Part shown: in pieces, positions 56,514 through 64,000 of the stretch
How the letters are laid out: every line of letters starts with the position of its first letter
How positions within the stretch are numbered: the stretch's first letter is position 1
DNA from: an uncultured Clostridia bacterium
Lineage (GTDB): Bacteria; Bacillota; Clostridia; Christensenellales; UBA3700
Direction: 5' to 3'
NCBI GenBank assembly: GCA_937880755.1
Contig: CALGRX010000020.1
Span: 149,645 to 213,644, forward strand
DNA: 64,000 nt
Program-made: the position numbers and the translations under genes
The notes under the pieces: generated by a model
The model's database searches: none
What the model was told of the DNA's origin: nothing
What the model saw: the letters and a program-made list of their open reading frames with translations, nothing else

Positions 56514-56885
56514 CTATTGCCATATCGCCGATATAATCCTCGTAAGAATAAACGACGCTATCACGCCCGCCACGGTCAAGATTATCTTAAATTTGATTGC
56601 TCTCTTTTCGACGGCTATTTGTCTACTAAAATCATAGCCCGGTTGGAGTAGCGTAATACAATAATAAGTAATTCCCTTTTTTTCGGTTTCTATAATTTCA
56701 AAATATCCTTCGGTGGCAAGAAGTTTGAGCGCAGGGTCAAGGTCTTCCCTATCAAAGCTGATTTTGAACGAGACGTCTTGGAGCAAATTCAAAGGGCTGA
56801 CGATGCATACGCCGTCCTTCTCTATCGCTCTATTGTATATGGCTTTCATCAAAGCTTTGGTCTTTTTGCTAAGCATATCAATCAC
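56514..56885 (-). CDS. Small protein with a winged-helix-like N-domain and a C-terminal TM anchor, unknown family
   Basis: 123 aa with LKLLATEGYFEIIETEKKGITYYCITL, then a C-terminal TM helix ILTVAGVIASFILTRIISAI. It overlaps the upstream paralog-like gene by 8 nt. Confidence 0.6.
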   Translation of the reverse strand: MIDMLSKKTKALMKAIYNRAIEKDGVCIVSPLNLLQDVSFKISFDREDLDPALKLLATEGYFEIIETEKKGITYYCITLLQPGYDFSRQIAVEKRAIKFKIILTVAGVIASFILTRIISAIWQ

Positions 56886-57318
56886 CTATCAGCGTGAGTA
56901 TCGCATACATCACGCCGCCACCTATACAGCCACCGAGCAGTCCGCCGAAAAGTCCGTAAATAAAACTAATCAATCTACCGACTTTTTTGGTAGGCTTGGC
57001 ACGCTCTTTTGTCTGCGAAACTACTATGACGTTGCCAGCATTGTTGGTGACCACTTGACAAGACTCGTCTTGCGTCACTATAGTTTTGTACTCTTGCGAC
57101 ACGAGCGTCGCCTTGTCCGTCAAGGCAAAGCAAATCTCGGTGTCACTCTTATATTTTATATCAACGCAACCGTTGATTTTGAGCTGTTCTATCATTTCTT
57201 TGGCGTCGTTATCGCCCGACAAAGAAGACAAATCGTCCCAATCCCTGATTGTATATTTGCCTGCAGGGATTAGGTCGCAAAGCTCACTCAAAAATGCAGT
57301 TGCTTGTTGAGATAACAT
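56878..57318 (-). CDS. Small protein with a soluble N-domain and a glycine-rich C-terminal TM anchor, unknown family
   Basis: 146 aa with the C-terminal segment LISFIYGLFGGLLGGCIGGGVMYAILTLI. Its ATG overlaps the hom stop. Confidence 0.6.
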   Translation of the reverse strand: MLSQQATAFLSELCDLIPAGKYTIRDWDDLSSLSGDNDAKEMIEQLKINGCVDIKYKSDTEICFALTDKATLVSQEYKTIVTQDESCQVVTNNAGNVIVVSQTKERAKPTKKVGRLISFIYGLFGGLLGGCIGGGVMYAILTLIGD

Positions 57319-58589
57319 TATTTCTCCACTCTGATAAGATTTTCGACGCTAACGACGTTTTTGAGAGCGGCAATCTCTTCAACCGCTGCCTTCATAGCCT
57401 TTTCTCTCGTCTTGTGCGTTACGAAAATGATAGGTATAATTTCGTTGTTTCTATCCTGTCTCATTTGGCTGATAGATACGTTGTGCTTCTTGAATACGCC
57501 CGCAATGTCCGCGATTACGCCCGACACGTCTCTTGCATTGAGGCGGAGATAGTAGTCGCTCTCGAAGTCTTCGATTATATCGCTAGCCGTCATAGAAGTA
57601 TTCATCTCTCCGTATCTAGCGTGTACCTCTTGTCTTGCGCAGAATACCACGTCGCTGACGATAGCGCTGCCCGTTGGCAAAGCGCCTGCGCCTCTGCCGT
57701 AGAGCATAATGTCGCCTACTGCGTCACCAACTACGAATACTGCGTTGAAGGCGTCGTTGACGTTGGCAAGCGGATGGTCTTTGGGCAAGAATACAGGATG
57801 AACTCTCGCCTCGATTTTGCCTTCTTTTTGCTTGGCAATGGCAAGAAGCTTGACTACGTAGCCGAGTTCTTTACCGATAGCGATGTCCTCTGCCGTTATC
57901 TTGGTGATACCCTCTCTATAGATGAGGTCGACAGGAAGTCTTTTGTTGAATGCAAGGCTAGACAAAATACTGAGTTTGTAGCTTGAGTCGTAACCCTCAA
58001 CGTCTGCCACGGGGTTGGCTTCGGCATATCCCAAAGCTTGAGCGTCCTTGAGTATCTCCTGATAGCTTGCGCCCTCTTGCGACATTCTCGTAAGAATGTA
58101 GTTGGTAGTTCCGTTGATGATAGCCTTTATCTCCAAAATATTGTTGGCTTGCATCGCTTGCGTCATCGTTCTGATGATAGGCATTCCGCCGCCCGTGGTC
58201 GCTTCGTAATACAATCCCGCGCCTGTCTTGGCTGCAGCAGCCTCTAACTCCGGCCAACTCTTGCAGAACATCTCTTTGTTGGACGTTACTATGCTCTTGC
58301 CCGCTTCCAAAGCTTTGAGCAAAAAGCTCTTGGCAGGTTCCAATCCGCCCATACATTCCACTACTATGTCAACGTTGGGATTAAGGGCGATTTCGTCCAT
58401 ACTCGACGCCAAAATCTTGAGGTCAAGACCAAGGTCGAGGACTCTCTCCTTTCTTAGGTCAAGCACGGCGGTAATCTCTACGTCCACACCGTATTCTTCT
58501 TTGATTTGTTGTCTGCGGTCAATCAAAATTCTTGCAGTGCCTCCGCCTACTACGCCGAGACCCAAAATTGCTACTCCGACTTTTTTCAT
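57318..58589 (-). CDS. hom: Homoserine dehydrogenase with a C-terminal ACT domain
   Basis: 423 aa with the N-terminal NAD motif VGVAILGLGVVGGG and the family core. Confidence 0.93.
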   Translation of the reverse strand: MKKVGVAILGLGVVGGGTARILIDRRQQIKEEYGVDVEITAVLDLRKERVLDLGLDLKILASSMDEIALNPNVDIVVECMGGLEPAKSFLLKALEAGKSIVTSNKEMFCKSWPELEAAAAKTGAGLYYEATTGGGMPIIRTMTQAMQANNILEIKAIINGTTNYILTRMSQEGASYQEILKDAQALGYAEANPVADVEGYDSSYKLSILSSLAFNKRLPVDLIYREGITKITAEDIAIGKELGYVVKLLAIAKQKEGKIEARVHPVFLPKDHPLANVNDAFNAVFVVGDAVGDIMLYGRGAGALPTGSAIVSDVVFCARQEVHARYGEMNTSMTASDIIEDFESDYYLRLNARDVSGVIADIAGVFKKHNVSISQMRQDRNNEIIPIIFVTHKTREKAMKAAVEEIAALKNVVSVENLIRVEK

Positions 58590-58601
58590 ATATATCTCCT
58601 T

Positions 58602-59393
58602 TTATTCTTTTGCTTGGTTTTGGTTGTTCATATTGTAGATGAGTTTCAGTCCGTTGAGGGTGAGTACTCTATCCACTTTGTCTATTGTGTTGTCGTCGTC
58701 GTTGGACGTTATCAACTCGCTAAGTCCGCCCGTTGCAATGACTTTGGCGTCGGGGGCTTTCATCTCCTTTTTGATAGAGGCGACGATATTTTTGACTAAT
58801 CCTATAAAGCCGTATATTATGCCCGATTGCATATTGCCTATCGTAGTCTTACCTATTACGCTGTTTGGCTTGACGAGTTCGACGGTTGGCAGTTTGGCAG
58901 TGCTGTCGGTCAAAGAATTGAGCGAAGTCTTGATACCCGGGGCAATACAACCGCCCAAGAACTCTCCGCTTGCCGATATGGCGTTGAAGGTCGTTGCCGT
59001 ACCGAAGTCGATGACTATACACGGTCCGCCGTACAACTTGTATGCCGCTACCGAATTGACTATTCTGTCCGCGCCCACCTCTTGAGGATTGCTGTATTTG
59101 ATATTGAGCCCCGTCTTGGTACCCGGTCCTACTATCATAGGCTTTTTGCCCACGTAATACTCGCACGCTCTCTCGAAAGTATAATTGAGAGACGGCTGAA
59201 CCGACGACATAATGACGCCCTCGAAGTCGTCTCGGCTAAGTCCTATCTCTTCGAAGAGGTTTTTGATATATATACCTATTTCGTCCGAAGTCCTCGGCGC
59301 GGATACCGACAATCTCCAAGACGCTATCAACTTGTTGGCGTCGTACACGCCCAATTTGATATTGGTATTGCCTATATCTATTACTAAAATCAT
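58602..59393 (-). CDS. coaX: Type III pantothenate kinase
   Basis: 263 aa with MILVIDIGNTNIKLGVY and GADR motifs. Confidence 0.93.
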   Translation of the reverse strand: MILVIDIGNTNIKLGVYDANKLIASWRLSVSAPRTSDEIGIYIKNLFEEIGLSRDDFEGVIMSSVQPSLNYTFERACEYYVGKKPMIVGPGTKTGLNIKYSNPQEVGADRIVNSVAAYKLYGGPCIVIDFGTATTFNAISASGEFLGGCIAPGIKTSLNSLTDSTAKLPTVELVKPNSVIGKTTIGNMQSGIIYGFIGLVKNIVASIKKEMKAPDAKVIATGGLSELITSNDDDNTIDKVDRVLTLNGLKLIYNMNNQNQAKE

Positions 59394-60013
59394 ACCGTCG
59401 TCTTCCTGTCAATTTTTTTGAGTGCAAACACTATTGCGGGCACGATGATAGGAAAAGCTATCACTTCTATGACGAAGTTGACGCTAAATAGCGTTGCTAT
59501 CCATTGCGCGCTGATTGCCGTGCTTCCAAAGGTCTGTCCCTTGAAGAGCAACAACGCCATCAAGCCCACCAGCAAGGTGTTGGTCAAAACCCCGCACGCA
59601 GTAGCCGTTACGCTTATCGCCTTTTCGCTGATAAATAGTTGCTTTTTGTTGAGCAAAACCTCTTGTCCGTCCACCTCGCCGTACTTAGGTCTAAGTAATT
59701 TGGAGAGCAAGTGATATACCGCATAGGCTACTATGCCTATCATCACTCTCGGCAAAATGCACACCAACGGGTTTTGGAATACGGGCGCTAGCAACGCTCC
59801 CGCCTTTACGGTGTACCAAGATATCAGGTTGGTAACCCCGAGCAAGAGTCCCGTAACTATGGTCATCTTGAGATCTTCCATCTGTGCCATTATCAATACG
59901 GGCAGTATCATCAGCCCCAAAGTAACGGGTCCGAATGAGATTGGCACGAAATTGAAGATAATAATCAATGCCAACATAAAAGCCATTAAGGCTATGCGCT
60001 TAGATTTTTTCAT
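59390..60013 (-). CDS. ECF transporter S-component, possibly pantothenate-specific (PanT-like)
   Basis: 207 aa from MKKSKRIALMAF (ATG 60013, GAGGTG upstream), with about 6 TM helices. It overlaps coaX by 4 nt. Confidence 0.6.
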   Translation of the reverse strand: MKKSKRIALMAFMLALIIIFNFVPISFGPVTLGLMILPVLIMAQMEDLKMTIVTGLLLGVTNLISWYTVKAGALLAPVFQNPLVCILPRVMIGIVAYAVYHLLSKLLRPKYGEVDGQEVLLNKKQLFISEKAISVTATACGVLTNTLLVGLMALLLFKGQTFGSTAISAQWIATLFSVNFVIEVIAFPIIVPAIVFALKKIDRKTTV

Positions 60014-60365
60014 ACACACCTCGCTTGAATTCCTAATAAGGATATCCATCTATGTAAAAAATTATTTTGCAAGTATCCAATCTTACGTATCGGTACTTGG
60101 CATTATTATATCAACAAAGGCACGCCTTTTGCAAGCAATATTATAAAATAATATATATCAATTATGCCACCCACTCCGTCTAATAAACCATGATAGGCGC
60201 AATTTGGCTGAGTCATAGGCTTTTCACTTCCGCCAAAGCCAAAAAATCAAGTAGCAACAAAAAAAGTGAGATGACGATTAAAATACGCAAAGTTTCGTTA
60301 TAAAGAAAAAATCAACGGCTAAATTGCCGCCGAAAATCTAATATATTGCACTATCAGCTCTACAC

Positions 60366-60650
60366 TTACTTTTCGATTGGTTGATTTTGAGTAATAGAGT
60401 CTTGTGCTTCGCTTTGGCATGCACTAAGCTTTTTGTTGTAAAAAGCATAGTTGATTGCATCCCATATCAAGTCAACGACAGCTATCGGCAACATTATGCA
60501 AAGGCTATATTTCCAATACAGGTCGCGATAAATGGCAATGCACGCCACCCAACCTATGAATACGGTAAAGGTGATGATATACTTCCAAACTTGATAGGCT
60601 TTGGGCTTAATCGACACCGACAGCCACCATTGCAAAAAGTTGTACTTCAT
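60366..60650 (-). CDS. Small two-TM membrane protein of unknown function
   Basis: 94 aa from MKYNFLQWW (ATG 60650). A consensus promoter lies inside the track ORF's N-terminal extension, and there is no RBS. Confidence 0.55.
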   Translation of the reverse strand: MKYNFLQWWLSVSIKPKAYQVWKYIITFTVFIGWVACIAIYRDLYWKYSLCIMLPIAVVDLIWDAINYAFYNKKLSACQSEAQDSITQNQPIEK

Positions 60651-60656
60651 AATGAT

Positions 60657-60685
60657 ATTATAATTTGATAGGCGTAGATAGTCAA
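60657..60685 (-). promoter_or_regulatory. Consensus sigma-A promoter positioned for a leaderless transcript
   Basis: On the minus strand: TTGACT, a 17-nt spacer, then TATAAT. The -10 element ends 6 nt before ATG 60650. Confidence 0.5.
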
Positions 60686-60693
60686 GCATTGCA

Positions 60694-60722
60694 AGAAAAA
60701 ACACGCCGATTGCTCGGCGTGT
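60694..60722 (-). terminator. Terminator of cysteine-string gene 2
   Basis: On the minus strand: ACACGCCG-agcaat-CGGCGTGT followed by TTTTTTCTT, starting 18 nt after the stop codon. Confidence 0.8.
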
Positions 60723-60739
60723 CCTTTATTATGTATCCG

Positions 60740-60961
60740 TTAGCAGCAGCCACAGCAGCAAAGCAACAGAATAATAGGTATGATGCAACAGATATTGCAG
60801 TTGTTGTTGCAACGTCTATCGCTCACTTCTACGTCGTCATCGGTTATTGCGCGTCTGTCGCGATTGCAGCAGCAACAGAGCAAAAGCAATACTATAAGTA
60901 AGCAACAGCAGTTGTTACCGCAACCGTTATTATTGTTATAACCTCCACCAAAGCAATTCAT
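60740..60961 (-). CDS. Cysteine-string mini-protein 2 (73 aa, 18 Cys)
   Basis: MNCFGGGYNNNNGCGNNCCCLLIVLLLLCCCCNRDRRAITDDDVEVSDRRCNNNCNICCIIPIILLLCCCGCC. GGAGG lies 5 nt upstream, and the gene is monocistronic with its own terminator. Confidence 0.7.
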   Translation of the reverse strand: MNCFGGGYNNNNGCGNNCCCLLIVLLLLCCCCNRDRRAITDDDVEVSDRRCNNNCNICCIIPIILLLCCCGCC

Positions 60962-60992
60962 AGTGACCTCCTTTTTAGTAGTTTTTCTATTT

Positions 60993-61020
60993 TACAATAT
61001 GACCAAAACGCCTAAGGTGT
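60993..61020 (-). promoter_or_regulatory. Sigma-K-like promoter candidate for cysteine-string gene 2
   Basis: On the minus strand: ACAC-N15-CATATTGTAAAATAGAAAAA, nearly identical to 22670-22710 upstream of gene 1. Confidence 0.45.
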
Positions 61021-61029
61021 GAATATTCT

Positions 61030-61058
61030 TTGACAAAGCTCAGCCAAATCAATATAAT
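61030..61058 (+). promoter_or_regulatory. Consensus sigma-A promoter for glyQS
   Basis: TTGACA, a 17-nt spacer, then TATAAT, which is a perfect consensus. It lies 53 nt upstream of the ATG. Confidence 0.6.
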
Positions 61059-61111
61059 GGATATGATACTAAAATATATACGCAAGCCGGCGTATATAAA
61101 AAGGAGTAATT

Positions 61112-62500
61112 ATGGCAAAATTGACAATGGAAAAATTGGTAGCACTTTGCAAAAGCCGTGGTTTCATATTTTCCGGTAGCGAAATCTACGGTGGTCTTGC
61201 AAATACTTGGGACTACGGTCCTCTCGGCGTAGAACTCAAAAACAACGTAAAAAAAGCGTGGTGGAAAAAGTTCGTTCAAGAAAACCCTTACAACACCGGT
61301 CTTGACTGCGCTATTTTGATGAACCCTAACGTTTGGGTGGCAAGCGGACACGTGGGCGGATTTAGCGACCCTCTCATGGACTGCAAGAGCTGTAATTCCA
61401 GACATAGAGCCGACAACCTTATCGAAGACTACAACGCCAAAAAAGGTATCAACCTCAATATCGCCGGTTGGACCAACGAGCAAATGGAACAATATATCGT
61501 AGACAACAATATCGTATGCCCTGTCTGCGGCAAGTGCAACTTTACGGGCGTAAGACAATTCAACCTTATGTTCAAGACCTTCCAAGGCGTGACCGAGGAT
61601 AGTAAAAATACCGTTTATCTTCGTCCCGAGACTGCGCAAGGCATATTCGTCAACTTTGCCAACGTACAACGTTCGGCAAGAGCTAAAATACCGTTTGGTA
61701 TAGCCCAAATAGGTAAATCTTTCCGTAACGAAATTACCCCGGGCAACTTTACCTTCCGTACCAGAGAGTTCGAGCAAATGGAACTTGAATTCTTCTGCAA
61801 ACCGGGCACAGACTTGGAGTGGTTTGCTTATTGGAAAGAATTTTGCAAAAATTGGCTTCTCGAGCTTGGCATCAAGGAAGAGAATCTAAAACTTAGAGAT
61901 CACGACCAAGAAGAACTCTCATTCTATTCCAAAGCTACCACCGACTTTGAATTTTTGTTCCCGTTCGGTTGGGGCGAGTTGTGGGGAATTGCCGATAGAA
62001 CAGACTACGACCTCAATCAACATATCAAGACGAGCGGTAAAAATCTCGAATACACAGACCCTGTAACCAACGAAAAATACGTACCATACGTCGTTGAGCC
62101 GTCCTTGGGCGCGGACCGTATGGTGCTCGCTTTCTTGTGTAACGCATACGAAGAGCAAGAGCTAGAAGGCGGAGACACCCGTACCGTGCTCCACTTGCAC
62201 CACGCCCTCGCTCCATACAAAGTGGCTGTACTTCCTTTGCAAAAGAAGGCTCTCGGCGAAAAATCCGAAGAAATCTTCCGTATGCTCTCTAAGAAGTTCT
62301 CTACCACCTACGACGAGACGGCAAGTATCGGCAAGAGATACAGACGTCAAGACGAAATCGGTACTCCTTACTGCGTAACCGTCGACTTCGAGACGCTTGA
62401 CGACAATATGGTAACGGTAAGAGAAAGAGATAGTATGGCTCAAGTAAGAATACCTATCGACGGATTGGTAGAGTATCTGCAAAGTAATCTCGAGTATTGA
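61112..62500 (+). CDS. glyQS: Glycine--tRNA ligase (homodimeric alpha2 type)
   Basis: 462 aa beginning [39 protein letters not shown], a canonical GlyQS N-terminus. Confidence 0.97.
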   Translation: MAKLTMEKLVALCKSRGFIFSGSEIYGGLANTWDYGPLGVELKNNVKKAWWKKFVQENPYNTGLDCAILMNPNVWVASGHVGGFSDPLMDCKSCNSRHRADNLIEDYNAKKGINLNIAGWTNEQMEQYIVDNNIVCPVCGKCNFTGVRQFNLMFKTFQGVTEDSKNTVYLRPETAQGIFVNFANVQRSARAKIPFGIAQIGKSFRNEITPGNFTFRTREFEQMELEFFCKPGTDLEWFAYWKEFCKNWLLELGIKEENLKLRDHDQEELSFYSKATTDFEFLFPFGWGELWGIADRTDYDLNQHIKTSGKNLEYTDPVTNEKYVPYVVEPSLGADRMVLAFLCNAYEEQELEGGDTRTVLHLHHALAPYKVAVLPLQKKALGEKSEEIFRMLSKKFSTTYDETASIGKRYRRQDEIGTPYCVTVDFETLDDNMVTVRERDSMAQVRIPIDGLVEYLQSNLEY

Positions 62501-62525
62501 TTTATCACAAATATCGACAAAAAAC

Positions 62526-62553
62526 AGCGGACTTAACCGTCCGCTTATTTTTT
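62526..62553 (+). terminator. Terminator of glyQS
   Basis: AGCGGAC-ttaacc-GTCCGCT followed by TATTTTTT. Confidence 0.8.
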
Positions 62554-62605
62554 GCCAAAAATTGATTTTTGCGTATACGTATCGAGTTATTTGAGTAATT
62601 TAGAC

Positions 62606-63277
62606 TCATTTTAGATGATTGTAAGGACAAACGGAAATGCAAATTCCGCACACGCTACCCCTACCTATACTTTGGAAGTGTTCCTTCATATATCGAGAGC
62701 ATTTTTCCGCATCGAGTATGCTGTCACGAGGCTGACCGCTTACGTAATCGTTGCCGACTATTGCTCCCGCGGGGCAAGCCTTGACGCACTCGTTGCACCC
62801 TCCGCAACCGTTGACGATAGGTTGGTTGGTCACGCCGAGAGGATAGTCGGTGAGCACGGTAGCAAGTCTAATCTTGCTACCCCACTGAGGCGTAACTAAT
62901 AGTCCGCTCTTGCCTATCCAACCGCTACCCGACAATACCGCCGCCGTCTTGTGAGGAAAAGCTCCCGCATATCTGTCGCTATCCGACGATTGAGAAGCAG
63001 GTATCATATAAGAGGTGTAGCCCAATCTTTGAAGATATGTCTGACAATAAAGTGCCAGCTGGTCGAGGCAAGCGTTGACTGTGCGATAGTGATGAAAATA
63101 CTCGTACGTCGGCTTGTCGTCTATGCCTTGCAATATGTAATCGTTGAGTCGATATCCTATAGTAATTGCATAAGGAAAGCCCTTAGCTTGTTTTATTTCG
63201 CTCACGTCGCTAAAAGCAATGAGGCACGCGCCTTTATCGTAAAGATTGTCGTATAGTTTTTGAATTTGGTTGTCCAT
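62606..63277 (-). CDS. 4Fe-4S dicluster protein, epoxyqueuosine-reductase (QueG)-like short form
   Basis: 223 aa with CGGCNECVKACP and CGICISVCP ferredoxin motifs, and the QueG-like stretch AAVLSGSGWIGKSGLLVTPQWGS. Confidence 0.6.
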   Translation of the reverse strand: MDNQIQKLYDNLYDKGACLIAFSDVSEIKQAKGFPYAITIGYRLNDYILQGIDDKPTYEYFHHYRTVNACLDQLALYCQTYLQRLGYTSYMIPASQSSDSDRYAGAFPHKTAAVLSGSGWIGKSGLLVTPQWGSKIRLATVLTDYPLGVTNQPIVNGCGGCNECVKACPAGAIVGNDYVSGQPRDSILDAEKCSRYMKEHFQSIGRGSVCGICISVCPYNHLK

Positions 63278-63385
63278 AACTCAATTATATCTTATTTTCG
63301 ATTTTTTGCAACCAAAGATGTATAGTAATGTCAACGAAAAACGCAGACGGTAGATGGTCTGCGCTTGGAATATAGTTATTTTGAT

Positions 63386-64000
63386 TTATTTTTTGATATC
63401 TTTAGGGAAAGTAACCGTAACGGTTGTACCCTCTCCGACCTTGCTAGTTATATACAAGTCGGCGTCGTACAATGCGCATATATGTTTGACGATTGCAAGC
63501 CCAAGTCCCGTGCCACCCGTCTTCTTGGAGCGAGATTTATCCACACGATAGAACCTCTCGCACAGCCTTGGTATATGTTCTTGTTCTATGCCTATGCCCG
63601 TATCTGACACTGCTAAGCGCACTTCGTCTTCGTTGTCGACTATATTGACGGCAATCTTACCGCCCTCCACGTTGTAATTGACTGCGTTAGAACAAAGATT
63701 TTCTACCAATTCGTATATCTTTTTGTAGTCGCCGTCCACACAACCTTCGCCTAGAATGGTGGCAACGACGCCCTTTTTGCTCATACTCTCCGCAAGTTCG
63801 GATATAGCTTCTTGAGCGACTTGTCGTAGGTCAACCTTGACATGACTCGCCGTACTATCCTCTCCCCTTTCGTATTGGCTGAGTTTGAGCATATCTCCGA
63901 TAAGCGTAGATAATCTGGCGCTTTCTGTGTATATCCTCTCAACTTGCTTTTGCGACGTTTCGTCAAGCGTATGCTTGCTCATCAACAATTCCGACAATCC
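63386..64000 (-). CDS. Sensor histidine kinase, C-terminal part (truncated by the window edge)
   Basis: HATPase_c boxes: N (NAVNYN), G1 (DTGIGI) and G2 (GTGLGLAIVKHI). The ORF runs off the window. Confidence 0.85.
   Translation of the reverse strand, partial: GLSELLMSKHTLDETSQKQVERIYTESARLSTLIGDMLKLSQYERGEDSTASHVKVDLRQVAQEAISELAESMSKKGVVATILGEGCVDGDYKKIYELVENLCSNAVNYNVEGGKIAVNIVDNEDEVRLAVSDTGIGIEQEHIPRLCERFYRVDKSRSKKTGGTGLGLAIVKHICALYDADLYITSKVGEGTTVTVTFPKDIKK

Overview
This is a 64-kb chromosomal segment that looks like it comes from a Gram-positive, endospore-forming Clostridia-type bacterium. Markers for that are spoIIID, spoVG, a SpoVB-like flippase, a DUF421/DUF4363 pair, HprK and ECF S-components. 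GC is mid-40s% by eye. It is densely packed with housekeeping genes, mostly on the minus strand and often with overlapping stop and start codons: der, rnj, serCA, pckG, hprK, uvrC, trpS, thrC, prfA/prmC, rpmE, murC, uvrAB, hom, coaX and glyQS. I found no rRNA, tRNA, CRISPR array, transposase or integrase. One clear riboswitch (THF) precedes a folT-like ECF S-component, and there are two decayed pseudogenes (an XRE-type HTH gene and a DUF5131/Gp37-Gp68 gene). The most unusual content is a set of cysteine-string genes. Two unlinked, monocistronic mini-genes (61 and 73 aa, 21-25% Cys) are each built from two CC-hydrophobic-CCCC modules, and both sit behind a nearly identical sigma-K-like upstream module. 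One of them lies divergent to an ArsR regulator carrying the ELCVCDVC arsenite-site motif. About 0.8 kb away, an operon encodes DUF5685, a J-domain protein ending in a cysteine string (11 Cys in 27 aa) and a polytopic membrane protein. Other points of interest are listed here:
- a degenerate repeat family flanking pckG, inside unusually long non-coding gaps
- a four-gene PAP2 / pseudo-PAP2 / adenylate-forming enzyme / FGGY-kinase operon
- a DUF1385-PrmC fusion
- a His15-less HPr-like protein near hprK
- a split TSUP transporter
- a 1221-aa surface protein with five repeat modules
- a GATACGTATC palindrome over-represented in intergenic hairpins
All functional calls rest on motif and family recognition by eye; no database search was run.
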